39,716 nt of DNA from an uncultured Bacilli bacterium (GCA_947632275.1 CANROR010000002.1:1-39716); one strand, 5' to 3'. Shown: positions 9,583 through 18,368, counted from the stretch's first letter. Made by a program: numbers and translations. Notes: a model not told the origin generated them from the sequence alone.

Positions 9583-10212
9583 ATGGATAACAAAATTGAT
9601 GTCTTATTAGATGTAGATGATGTAGTTTGTTTTCCAGCTTATTTAGTTTGGATAAATGAATTTTTAAATACTAATTTTCAAGAAGATGATTTTAAAGGCT
9701 ATATTAAAGAAAAAGAAATAATGAAGGGCGAAGAATTACAGGAATTTAATAAATTTATTAAGGACCGAAATCCTTATCAAGAAGCCATAGTTTTACCTCA
9801 AGCTATTGAAGTTATCAAAAAACACTTAGATACTTGTAATTATTATATGCTTTCTTCTTGTATTAACCCTTGTTTAAAAGAAGAATCAGGAAAGTTATTT
9901 ACGTATAAATATAATTTTTTATTAAAAATATTACCGTTTATTAATCCCGAGAATTTTGTTTTTACTAATGCTAAACATTTATTAAAAGGAGACATTCAAA
10001 TTGATGATTATTTACCCCATTTACTAGCTAATAAAACGCCTTATAAAATTTTATTCCCGGCTTCCCATAATAAATCGGTTCCAGATACTGAGCTAAAAAA
10101 GAATAAGATAGTTCGCGCCGGTTCTAATTGGCGAAATGGTTGGGAAAATATTGATATTTTATTAGAACAACAAGAAGCTAAAAGTAAAAAATTGATGCGA
10201 AAGAAAAATTAG
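9583..10212 (+). CDS. HAD-superfamily 5'(3')-deoxyribonucleotidase-like protein (NT5C/YorS-like)
   Basis: N-terminal DxDxV motif (LLDVDDVVC), late IQIDDY motif, about 200 aa. Confidence 0.5.
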   Translation: MDNKIDVLLDVDDVVCFPAYLVWINEFLNTNFQEDDFKGYIKEKEIMKGEELQEFNKFIKDRNPYQEAIVLPQAIEVIKKHLDTCNYYMLSSCINPCLKEESGKLFTYKYNFLLKILPFINPENFVFTNAKHLLKGDIQIDDYLPHLLANKTPYKILFPASHNKSVPDTELKKNKIVRAGSNWRNGWENIDILLEQQEAKSKKLMRKKN

Positions 10213-10214
10213 TG

Positions 10215-10244
10215 TTGCAAATCTAAAATTAAAAGTGCTATACT
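10215..10244 (+). promoter_or_regulatory. Sigma-A-type promoter for the leader / metallophosphoesterase pair
   Basis: TTGCAA, 18-nt spacer, TGC-TATACT (extended -10). Confidence 0.5.
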
Positions 10245-10270
10245 AAAAATAAGAATAGGGAGTGGTGAGA

Positions 10271-10315
10271 ATGATGAAGATGTTTTTAAAAATTACTACT
10301 CCTTTTAAAATGTAA
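10271..10315 (+). CDS. Candidate 14-codon leader peptide MMKMFLKITTPFKM
   Basis: GGGAG SD 8 nt upstream of the ATG. The TAA stop lies inside the 5' arm of the following terminator. Confidence 0.4.
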   Translation: MMKMFLKITTPFKM

Positions 10316-10346
10316 GAGTGTCCTTGGATAAGACACTCTTTTTTAT
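10314..10346 (+). terminator. Intrinsic terminator / attenuator in the 5' leader
   Basis: Perfect 9-bp stem AAGAGTGTC / GACACTCTT, 9-nt loop, TTTTTT tail. Located 11 nt before ATG 10357. Confidence 0.75.
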
Positions 10347-10356
10347 GGGAGGTATT

Positions 10357-11343
10357 ATGGAAGAAAAATTTGAAATGTTAAAAGAACTAACAACGAGAGA
10401 AATTAAACTGACGGATGCTTGTGAATTTTTAGAATTAAATCAATTAGAAGTTTTAAGTTTAATTCGTCATTTAAGACTCGAGGGCATTAATATTGTGAGC
10501 CAAGTAAAAGATGATGATATTTATATTTTTAATCAAGGCGAACGCGAAGTTTTAGGGGATTTTTCTTACCATTTTAAAACTGATGAAAATCATGAATTTA
10601 AGTTTGTGGCTATCTCGGATACCCGTTTTGGTTCCAAGTTTCAACAATTAGCAATTTTAAATGATATTTATTTAAAAGCTCATGCTTTAGGTTATGATAA
10701 AGTTATTCACTGTGGAAATATTTCCGAAGGTATTTATCCTTTAACTAATATTTATTCGGAATGTAATTTTCTCGATGATACGTTAAGACAAGTTGATTAT
10801 ATCACCGAATATTATCCCTTTATTGAAAGCATGAAAACTTATTTTATCACGGGGATAAAAGATGAAAAGCATTTACAAAATAAAAAAATTAATATTGGGA
10901 AAAGGATTAATGATGCCCGTGATGATATGATTTATTTAGGTTATAGTTCTTGTAATACGACAATTGATAAAGTAAAAATGTTAGTCTTTAATCCCAAACT
11001 TTATAAAACTTATACGGTATCCTATCGGCCGCAACAACAAGTTGATTCGTTTCGGAGCGAAGATAAACCGGATATTATTTTATACGGGGGCCTTCTTCAA
11101 ATGGAAAAATTCACTTATCGGAATGTAAAATGTATTTCAGTTCCGAGTGTATGTGCGACAACGAAAGAAATGAATGATAAACGTTATTCAAATACCATTG
11201 GAGCTTGGTATATTACAATTACAACGGATCGCTTTGGCAATTTAAAAAATTTAAAAGCCATGAATTCGGTATATTATAAAACGAATAAAGATGATTATTT
11301 AAAACCAAAAGTTTTAAAATTAGAAAGGGAGAAAAAATTATGA
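10357..11343 (+). CDS. Winged-helix-like N-domain + degenerate (ligand-less) calcineurin-like metallophosphoesterase paralog
   Basis: Paralog of the next gene. The aligned motif positions read SDTRFG, CGNISEG, TGIKDEKH, FNPKLYK, YGGLLQ. GGGAGG SD precedes ATG 10357; the longer GTG 10318 ORF would run through the terminator. Confidence 0.65.
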   Translation: MEEKFEMLKELTTREIKLTDACEFLELNQLEVLSLIRHLRLEGINIVSQVKDDDIYIFNQGEREVLGDFSYHFKTDENHEFKFVAISDTRFGSKFQQLAILNDIYLKAHALGYDKVIHCGNISEGIYPLTNIYSECNFLDDTLRQVDYITEYYPFIESMKTYFITGIKDEKHLQNKKINIGKRINDARDDMIYLGYSSCNTTIDKVKMLVFNPKLYKTYTVSYRPQQQVDSFRSEDKPDIILYGGLLQMEKFTYRNVKCISVPSVCATTKEMNDKRYSNTIGAWYITITTDRFGNLKNLKAMNSVYYKTNKDDYLKPKVLKLEREKKL

Positions 11344-12332
11344 GTAGGGATCGCGAATATGTCGAAAGACAATATAAATATATTCATAATGGGGCTTCAG
11401 TTGAAGAATTTATGTTGAAATTTCATCTTAATAGTACCGAATTAAAAGGCTTATTAGAATTATGCCGTATTTATGGCAAGAATATTGAGATTGTGGAAAA
11501 AGATGGTACCTTAGTTTTTGATAAACCCTTTATTCGGAATTTAGATACGCGGAAACCGGATTTAGATCCTAACAATTTAAGATATTCTCAAATATGTGTC
11601 GTTTCGGATACGCATTTTGGTAATATTCATCAACAATTGCATTTATTAAATAAAGTATATCGCGAAGCTTATAATCGGGGGATTACGAAAGTTTATCATG
11701 TCGGCAATATTGTTGATGGCAATTATCCCAATCGGCCGGAACAACCCCGGCAACAATTTTTACATGGTTTTGATGAACAAGTGGGATATGTTGTTGATAT
11801 GTATCCCCGCGTTAAAGGTATTACGACTGAATATATTTTAGGTAGTCACGATGAAACCCATTATAAAAATGGGCAAGCAACAGTTAATAATTGGTTATCG
11901 AGATGTCGGAAAGATATGATTTTTTTAGGCCAAGATTGTGCATTAACTGAACTTAATGGTGTCAAGATTTTTTTAGACCATCCAGGAGGAGGTTCAGCCC
12001 AAAGTTTATCTTATAAACCTCAAAAAAGAATTGAAATATTAGAATCGGATTATAAACCCAAAATTTTATTAATTGGTCATTATCATAAAAGTTATTATTT
12101 TGTTTATCGCAATGTTCATGGAATTTTAGTTCCATCTTTCTGTGATAAAACTCAATTTCAACAAAAGCAAGGTTTATCCAATGTAATTGGCGCTTATTTT
12201 ATCGATATTTATGCCGATAAAAAAGGTAATGTGGAATATTTTTGCCCTGAAGAAGTTATTTTTCGCCCTAATGATATGTGGGAAGAAGCCGGTAAAGATA
12301 AAGAACGGGTACGCCAATTAGTTATAAAATAA
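11340..12332 (+). CDS. Winged-helix-like N-domain + calcineurin-like metallophosphoesterase (ligands retained)
   Basis: Motifs SDTHFG, VGNIVDG, LGSHDETH, LDHPGGG, IGHYHKS in canonical order. 4-nt ATGA overlap with the preceding paralog. Confidence 0.7.
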   Translation: MSRDREYVERQYKYIHNGASVEEFMLKFHLNSTELKGLLELCRIYGKNIEIVEKDGTLVFDKPFIRNLDTRKPDLDPNNLRYSQICVVSDTHFGNIHQQLHLLNKVYREAYNRGITKVYHVGNIVDGNYPNRPEQPRQQFLHGFDEQVGYVVDMYPRVKGITTEYILGSHDETHYKNGQATVNNWLSRCRKDMIFLGQDCALTELNGVKIFLDHPGGGSAQSLSYKPQKRIEILESDYKPKILLIGHYHKSYYFVYRNVHGILVPSFCDKTQFQQKQGLSNVIGAYFIDIYADKKGNVEYFCPEEVIFRPNDMWEEAGKDKERVRQLVIK

Positions 12333-12383
12333 AAAGCCAATTTTTATAGGCGCGTGTTATAATATTTTTAAGAAGGTGAAAAG

Positions 12384-13268
12384 ATGCAAGAAAAAGTAAA
12401 AGAAATTATTAAAAGTCGTCAAGGTTTTATCGCGGCTTTAGATCAAAGTGGAGGGAGTAGTAAAAAAACTTTAGCCAATTATGGGATCGCGGAAACTACC
12501 TATAAAACCGAAGCCGAAATGTTTGATTTAATTCACAAAATGCGTTCACGGATTATTACTTCTCCAAGTTTCACGGCCGATCATATTTTAGGGGTAATTT
12601 TATTTGAACATACGATGATGCATAAAGTGGAAGATTTAGATACGGCCGATTATTTATGGCAAAAGAAAAATATTTTAGCTTTTTTAAAAGTCGATGTTGG
12701 TTTAAGCGAGATGACGCAAGGCGTTAAATTATTAAAAGATATTCCCAATTTAGATGATAAATTAAAAATGGCTAAGACTAAAAACATTGTTGGGACGAAA
12801 ATGCGGTCAGTGATTTATGAACCGAATGCTGAGGGTATCAAAATGGTAGTTGACCAACAATTTGCCTTGGCCGAACAAATCGCCAAGTATGATTTAATTC
12901 CGATTATTGAACCCGAAGTCGATATTTACACCGTTGAAAAATTTGGTTGTGAACAAATCTTAAAAGCGGAAATCGAAAAGCATTTAGCAACTTGTAATTT
13001 TGATGTTATTTTTAAATTTACTTTGCCCGAATTAGATAACTTTTACGATGATCTTTTAACTAATTCCCATGTTTTAAAAATTGTGGCTTTATCTGGTGGT
13101 TATACTCGGGAAAAAGCTAATATGTTATTAAAAAGAAATAAAAATATGATTGCTTCTTTTTCGCGCGCTTTACTAGAAGGCTTAAATGTTAACCAAACTG
13201 ATGAAGAATTTAACCAAGCTTTAAAAGAAAATATAACTTCCATTTATGAGGCTAGTTGGCAAAAATAA
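12384..13268 (+). CDS. fda: Fructose-bisphosphate aldolase, class I
   Basis: GFIAALDQSGGSSKKTL N-terminus, LKVDVGL (Schiff-base Lys region), IIEPEVDI. About 294 aa, like Gram-positive class I Fda. Confidence 0.85.
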   Translation: MQEKVKEIIKSRQGFIAALDQSGGSSKKTLANYGIAETTYKTEAEMFDLIHKMRSRIITSPSFTADHILGVILFEHTMMHKVEDLDTADYLWQKKNILAFLKVDVGLSEMTQGVKLLKDIPNLDDKLKMAKTKNIVGTKMRSVIYEPNAEGIKMVVDQQFALAEQIAKYDLIPIIEPEVDIYTVEKFGCEQILKAEIEKHLATCNFDVIFKFTLPELDNFYDDLLTNSHVLKIVALSGGYTREKANMLLKRNKNMIASFSRALLEGLNVNQTDEEFNQALKENITSIYEASWQK

Positions 13269-13269
13269 A

Positions 13270-13905
13270 ATGAAAAAATTGATAACGGAAATTTTAGATG
13301 CTTTAGAATCACATGGCTATGAAGCTTATTTAATCGGGGGCTTTGTCCGTGATTATTTGCTCCATAAAGAGTCTTTAGATGTTGATATTTGTACGAGTGC
13401 TTTGCCTAATGACTTAGAACGTTTATTTAAACTTAAACCTAATCAATTCGGAGGCATTCATTTTAAAAAAGATAAATACGATATCACTATTACATCTTTT
13501 CGCCAAGATTTAAATTATGTTCATGGCTTTCCCCAAGAAGTGAAGTTTAATGTTGATTTAAAGACGGATTTGGCCCGTCGCGATTTTACAATTAATGCTA
13601 TTTATATGACCAAAGATGAGCAAGTTTTAGGACCTACTGCTTATCTAAACGATTTACATAATAAAGTAATTAGAATGATTGGCGATCCTTTAGAAAGAAT
13701 CCAAGAAGATCCTTCGCGCATTATTCGGGCTTTACGATTTAAAGTAGATTTAGGTTTTACCCTTGAAGAGAAGTTAGCTCAAGTAATTAAAGAAAATAAA
13801 GATTTATTAAATTTGATATCAAAAAGTAAAAAGAATAAAGAATTAGCCAAAGTTAAAAACCAAGACCAATTCTTAAAAATTTTAAAAGAATTAGATTATA
13901 TTTAA
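13270..13905 (+). CDS. tRNA nucleotidyltransferase / poly(A) polymerase-family protein, head+neck only (211 aa)
   Basis: GGFVRDYLL, DVDICT, RRDFTINAIY, EDPSRIIRALRF motifs. Ends about 190 aa short of a typical CCA-adding enzyme. ATG 13270 preferred over the overlapping 13246. Confidence 0.75.
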   Translation: MKKLITEILDALESHGYEAYLIGGFVRDYLLHKESLDVDICTSALPNDLERLFKLKPNQFGGIHFKKDKYDITITSFRQDLNYVHGFPQEVKFNVDLKTDLARRDFTINAIYMTKDEQVLGPTAYLNDLHNKVIRMIGDPLERIQEDPSRIIRALRFKVDLGFTLEEKLAQVIKENKDLLNLISKSKKNKELAKVKNQDQFLKILKELDYI

Positions 13906-13970
13906 TTTACAAAATAATATTTTATGACTATAATAAAAATTACGAAATTATTTTAAAAGGATGTGAAAAT

Positions 13971-14597
13971 ATGACTAAAAATCAAAGATTAATTATTGAC
14001 TCTAAATTTATTAAAGAGACGTTAAAATATGATTTAAGTTTAAATGAATTTTTGTTATTAGTATATTTTGATAATGCCTTTGATGCTTTTTTCGACGTTA
14101 AATTAATTTCTAATGTTTTAGAATTGACCGAAGAAAAAATTTTAGAAGCCTATAGTAGTTTATTAACGAAAAAAATAATTAAAGTGGAAACAATTAAAAA
14201 TAGAGAAGGGAAGATTGAAGAAAAAATATCTTTAGATCCTTTATATCAAGAAGTTTTAATCGAAGAAAAGAAAAATAAACAAAAGATAGAAAAGGAGGAT
14301 ATATTTAGTATTTTTGAAACGGAATTTGGACGAACTTTGTCAGGAACTGATTATGAAATTATTAATGCTTGGATTGAAAAAGGTTTTAGTGAAGAATTAA
14401 TTAAAGCGGCTTTAAAAGAAGCGGTTTATAATGGCGTTTATAGTTTAAGATATATTGATAAAATATTATTTGAATGGCATCGAAAAGGTTTTAAAGAAGT
14501 AAGTGATATTAAAAAATATTGGCAAAATAATGATAGTGAAATTCCCAAATTTGAAACAAAAGTATTAAATTTTGATTGGTTAAATGAAAGCGAATGA
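13971..14597 (+). CDS. dnaD: DnaD-domain replication initiation / primosome protein
   Basis: C-terminal DnaB_2/DnaD repeat (FETEFGRTLSGTDYEIINAWIEKGFSEELIKAALKEAV...YIDKILFEWHRKG). dnaD-nth synteny as in Bacillus. TTTACA-17-TATAAT promoter upstream. Confidence 0.8.
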   Translation: MTKNQRLIIDSKFIKETLKYDLSLNEFLLLVYFDNAFDAFFDVKLISNVLELTEEKILEAYSSLLTKKIIKVETIKNREGKIEEKISLDPLYQEVLIEEKKNKQKIEKEDIFSIFETEFGRTLSGTDYEIINAWIEKGFSEELIKAALKEAVYNGVYSLRYIDKILFEWHRKGFKEVSDIKKYWQNNDSEIPKFETKVLNFDWLNESE

Positions 14598-15213
14598 ATT
14601 AATTAAAGTCTTGGATAAATTATATCCGGATGCTAGATGTGAATTAGAATACACCAAAGATTATGAACTGTTAATTGCCACAGTCTTATCGGCCCAATGT
14701 ACGGATAAAAGAGTTAATATGGTGACCAAAGTATTATTTGCTAAGTATGATATTTTTGCTTTAGCTAAGGCTAACAAAAAAACAATTGAAAAAATTATTT
14801 ATCCGGTGGGGACTTATAATAAAAAAAGCGAATATATCATTAATATTGCTCAAAGTTTAGTAGAAAATTATAATGGGAAAGTGCCTAATGATCGCGCGTT
14901 TTTAGAATCTTTACCCGGAGTTGGACGGAAAACTTGTAATGTGGTGTTATCAAATATTTATAATGTTCCAGCAATTGCCGTCGATACTCATGTAGCTAGA
15001 GTGGCAAAAAGACTTAATTTAGCTTTCGAGAAAGATGATGTTAGCGTTATTGAAAAAAAGTTAATGAAATTTTTACCGCAAGCAAATTGGAGTCGGTGTC
15101 ACCATCAATTAGTTTTATTTGGCCGTTATATTTGTAAAAGTCAAAAACCGGATTGTGAAATTTGTCCTTTGCAAAAAAAATGTCAGTATTTTTTAAAAAA
15201 TAAGAAGAAATAA
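14584..15213 (+). CDS. nth: Endonuclease III
   Basis: HhH-GPD (LPGVGRKTCNVV; VDTHV) and C-terminal 4Fe-4S cluster loop CX6CX2CX5C (CKSQKPDCEICPLQKKC). Confidence 0.9.
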   Translation: MKANELIKVLDKLYPDARCELEYTKDYELLIATVLSAQCTDKRVNMVTKVLFAKYDIFALAKANKKTIEKIIYPVGTYNKKSEYIINIAQSLVENYNGKVPNDRAFLESLPGVGRKTCNVVLSNIYNVPAIAVDTHVARVAKRLNLAFEKDDVSVIEKKLMKFLPQANWSRCHHQLVLFGRYICKSQKPDCEICPLQKKCQYFLKNKKK

Positions 15214-15238
15214 GTATAATTTTTATACTTATTTTTTT
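15212..15238 (+). terminator. Intrinsic terminator after nth
   Basis: AAGTATAA / TTATACTT stem, 3-nt loop, T7 tail. Confidence 0.65.
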
Positions 15239-15269
15239 AATGTGTGTTATAATTTTTATGAGGAGGAAA

Positions 15270-16880
15270 ATGATGAAGAAATTTTTGAAAAAAATGGGCA
15301 CAGTCAAAATTGTTGGTGGTAGCTTAGGAATTTTAGGTTTACTTACTGCTTTTGTAGCGACTTTTTTAGGTCAATTTGCTAATGTGCAATTAATTATGCG
15401 TTTTGTCGCATCATTATTGATATTTGTGGGCTTATTCATTCTAGCATTAAACGCAGAAAAAAATCGTGGTTTAAAAGCTTTAGGAGCCGTTATTCTTTCG
15501 GCAATAATTATTTCCTGGATTATTCCAACTGGTGGTTTTAATGGGGCCGAATTTAGTATGGCACCTGATCTAAGTCGGATCGGTTTTGCCGATATTGGGG
15601 CCGGACTATATTATGCTTTTAACTTTACTTTAGACAAATTATTATTCTTAATTGTCTTAGCAACCTTTTATGGTGTATTAACTAAAGTTAGAGGCTATCA
15701 AAAGCTAGTTCATAATTTGGCTAATAGCTTAAAGAATCATGAAATTATTACGGCTTTAGGAATGACTTTAATTATTACGGCGGCAACGGTGATGGTTAGA
15801 GATGTATTTGTTGTTTTAGTATTTGTTCCATTCTTTGTATCTATCTTAAAAAATATGAAAATGGAAAAAATTGCAACTTTTGCTATAACCTATGGCGCAA
15901 TAGTAGTTGGCTTAATTGGCGTTTTATATGGTTCTCAAAGCTTATATGATTTTAATTATTATATTAGTGCCGAAGTTACAACTGGTTTAACCTATCGGGG
16001 TATAATTTTAGCCATTGCTTACGTGTTATATAACTTCTTTATTGTCATGCGGCTTAAAAGCGTGAAAAAAGCTAAAAATGCCGAATTGGTGGAAGATCCA
16101 TTTGAAGTAGAAGCTACAAGAAAGAAAACACATGCTTGGCCAGTTGCTATTTTATTAGTAATATTATTTGCCGTTACAATAATCGGTTATATTACTTGGA
16201 GTACCAACTGGAATATAACTTTCTTTAATGATTTACATGAAAAAGCAATCGCTTTAACGATTGGCAAAAAGTTCTCAATTACGGGCTCTGATCTACCAAT
16301 AGTAAGTTATATTTTAGGTCAAAATGTTTATGCTTTAGGTAATATTGAATATCTATTTGCATTAGATTCAATGCTTATTTTTGTAGGTATTTTATTGTCT
16401 TTATGCTATCGCGTAAAATTTGATGAAGTAATAGCTGGTGCTTATGAAGGTGTTAAAAAAGCAGTTAAACCAATCTTAGCAGTTTTAGGAATTTATTTTG
16501 CATTCTTTATTCTATACATGTCACCATTTATTCCAACTGTAACTAATTGGATGTATGGTTTGACGACAGAATTAAATCCAGTTTTAGCTTCAATAATGGC
16601 TTTCATATCATCAATATTTAGTGCTGATTTAGGATATACATCTTATTCAGTAGGCCAATTTTTGACAACTGCTTATGCAACTAACTTAGATATTGTTCAT
16701 ACCATCTATATGGCAATGTATGGTTTAGCTCAAGTTTGTATGCCAACAAGTTTAATTTTAATGGTTGGTTTATCACTTATGAACATTGATTATAAATCAT
16801 GGCTAAAATATATTTGGTTATTCGTTGTTGGTATGTTCGTTATTTTAGTGGTATTATTTAGTGTCGTCTTATATATTTAA
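15270..16880 (+). CDS. Polytopic integral membrane protein (10 or more predicted TM), putative transporter
   Basis: Long hydrophobic ORF. AGGAGG SD precedes ATG 15270/15273; extended -10 TGTTATAAT upstream. Family not recognised with certainty (YfcC-like is possible). Confidence 0.6.
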   Translation: MMKKFLKKMGTVKIVGGSLGILGLLTAFVATFLGQFANVQLIMRFVASLLIFVGLFILALNAEKNRGLKALGAVILSAIIISWIIPTGGFNGAEFSMAPDLSRIGFADIGAGLYYAFNFTLDKLLFLIVLATFYGVLTKVRGYQKLVHNLANSLKNHEIITALGMTLIITAATVMVRDVFVVLVFVPFFVSILKNMKMEKIATFAITYGAIVVGLIGVLYGSQSLYDFNYYISAEVTTGLTYRGIILAIAYVLYNFFIVMRLKSVKKAKNAELVEDPFEVEATRKKTHAWPVAILLVILFAVTIIGYITWSTNWNITFFNDLHEKAIALTIGKKFSITGSDLPIVSYILGQNVYALGNIEYLFALDSMLIFVGILLSLCYRVKFDEVIAGAYEGVKKAVKPILAVLGIYFAFFILYMSPFIPTVTNWMYGLTTELNPVLASIMAFISSIFSADLGYTSYSVGQFLTTAYATNLDIVHTIYMAMYGLAQVCMPTSLILMVGLSLMNIDYKSWLKYIWLFVVGMFVILVVLFSVVLYI

Positions 16881-16883
16881 AAG

Positions 16884-16916
16884 TAACTCTTCGGAGTTAT
16901 TTTTTTTTTTTTTTTT
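16884..16916 (+). terminator. Intrinsic terminator with a 17-T tail
   Basis: TAACTC-TTCG-GAGTTA hairpin followed by T17. Confidence 0.8.
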
Positions 16917-16976
16917 GAAAAAATATAGACAAAATTTTAAATTAAAGTATAATTAAGTTAAAAGGATAAGAGCAGT

Positions 16977-18368
16977 ATGGGTAGTAAAAAAAGTATTATA
17001 TTAATTGTTGTTTGTTGTGTTTTTATTAATATTTTAAGTGCTTTTATGATTGTTATGTGTTTTTTGCCAATCTTTGAATTAAAAGGGGAAAAAGAAATTT
17101 ATCTTAATATCAATAGTTCTTATACTGATGCTGGCGTTTTGGCAAAATTTCAAGGTAAAAATATTGCGGATGAAGTGGAAATTCAAAATAATGTTGATGT
17201 GACTAAACCCGGCCGATACGAAATAGTTTATAAATTAAAAAAAGGTTTAACCAATAAAAGTTTAACTCGCAAAGTGATTGTTCAAGATTTAGAAAAACCA
17301 ACGATTGAGCTTGAGGGCGAGACGGATATTTATTTAGCTAAATGTGAAGAATATCAAGAAGCGGGTTATAAAGCTTATGATAATGTTGATGGCGATTTGA
17401 CCGCTAAAGTTGTTGTAACTAATCAAGATGATAAAATAATTTATGAAGTAAGTGATACGGCTCAAAATAAATTTACGATTGAAAGAAATATTATTCACGA
17501 AGATAAAGTGGCACCAGAAATAACATTAAACGAAGGCGATACGATTTCGATTATTCAAAATTCTAAATTTGTCGATCCGGGTTATAAAGCAATTGACAAT
17601 TGTGATGTTGATTATACTAAAGATGTTGTAGTCACAGGTTCTGTTGATACTTCTAAACTAGGTAGTTATAAACTTACTTATACTGTTAAAGATGAATCAG
17701 GTAACGAAGCCCAAAAGGAAAGGGTAGTTAAAGTAATTAAAAAGTTAAAAGGGGTGATATATTTAACTTTTGATGATGGTCCAGGCGGTTATACTGATGA
17801 TATTTTAGCCATTTTAGCTCAAAATAATATTAAAGCCACGTTTTTTGTAACTAATCAGTTTCCCAAATATCAAGGAATGATCAAAAAAGAAGATGAAGCC
17901 GGCCATACGGTGGCGGTTCATACTTATTCCCATAGTTGGAATGTTTATAATAGTGTGGATGCCTATTTAAATGATTTTAATAAAATTAACAATATTATTT
18001 ATGAACAAACGGGTCATTATGCCAAATATTTTCGTTTTCCGGGCGGCAGTTCTAATACCGTTAGTAAAAAACATAGTGTCGGCATAATGACAAAACTTGC
18101 TAGTTTAATGACCGAAAAAGGATATACTTATTTTGATTGGAATGTTGATTCCGGCGATACCCATAAAAATAATACACCAACTTATATAATTAATAATATT
18201 AAAAAATATGTTAATGGCAATGGTAATTATATTATACTAATGCATGATATTAAGAAAAATACTTTAAGTGCTTTACCAAGTGTTATTAATTATTTAAAAG
18301 GAAGAGGTTACACTTTTAGGGCTATTGATGAAAATACACCAGTAAAACATTTTAAAATTGCTAATTAA
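16977..18368 (+). CDS. Membrane-anchored polysaccharide (peptidoglycan/chitin-type) deacetylase with three Ig-like repeats
   Basis: N-terminal TM. Three about 70-aa repeats ending in G.Y...Y-type motifs (DUF5011-like). NodB motifs TFDDGPG, HTYSH, FRFPGG, LMHD. Confidence 0.8.
   Translation: MGSKKSIILIVVCCVFINILSAFMIVMCFLPIFELKGEKEIYLNINSSYTDAGVLAKFQGKNIADEVEIQNNVDVTKPGRYEIVYKLKKGLTNKSLTRKVIVQDLEKPTIELEGETDIYLAKCEEYQEAGYKAYDNVDGDLTAKVVVTNQDDKIIYEVSDTAQNKFTIERNIIHEDKVAPEITLNEGDTISIIQNSKFVDPGYKAIDNCDVDYTKDVVVTGSVDTSKLGSYKLTYTVKDESGNEAQKERVVKVIKKLKGVIYLTFDDGPGGYTDDILAILAQNNIKATFFVTNQFPKYQGMIKKEDEAGHTVAVHTYSHSWNVYNSVDAYLNDFNKINNIIYEQTGHYAKYFRFPGGSSNTVSKKHSVGIMTKLASLMTEKGYTYFDWNVDSGDTHKNNTPTYIINNIKKYVNGNGNYIILMHDIKKNTLSALPSVINYLKGRGYTFRAIDENTPVKHFKIAN

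Noticed and set aside
12333-12383. Possible co-transcription of the phosphoesterase pair with fda (no terminator between them).
   Set aside because: An extended -10 (TGTTATAAT) and SD directly precede fda, so fda probably has its own promoter. Read-through cannot be excluded but gives no functional inference.
16900-16916. T17 homopolymer as a phase-variation tract.
   Set aside because: It is the U-tail of a good terminator hairpin and lies upstream of the -35 (TAGACA-16-TATAAT) of the next gene. Length changes would not alter reading frame or spacer length. At most it acts as an UP-element.
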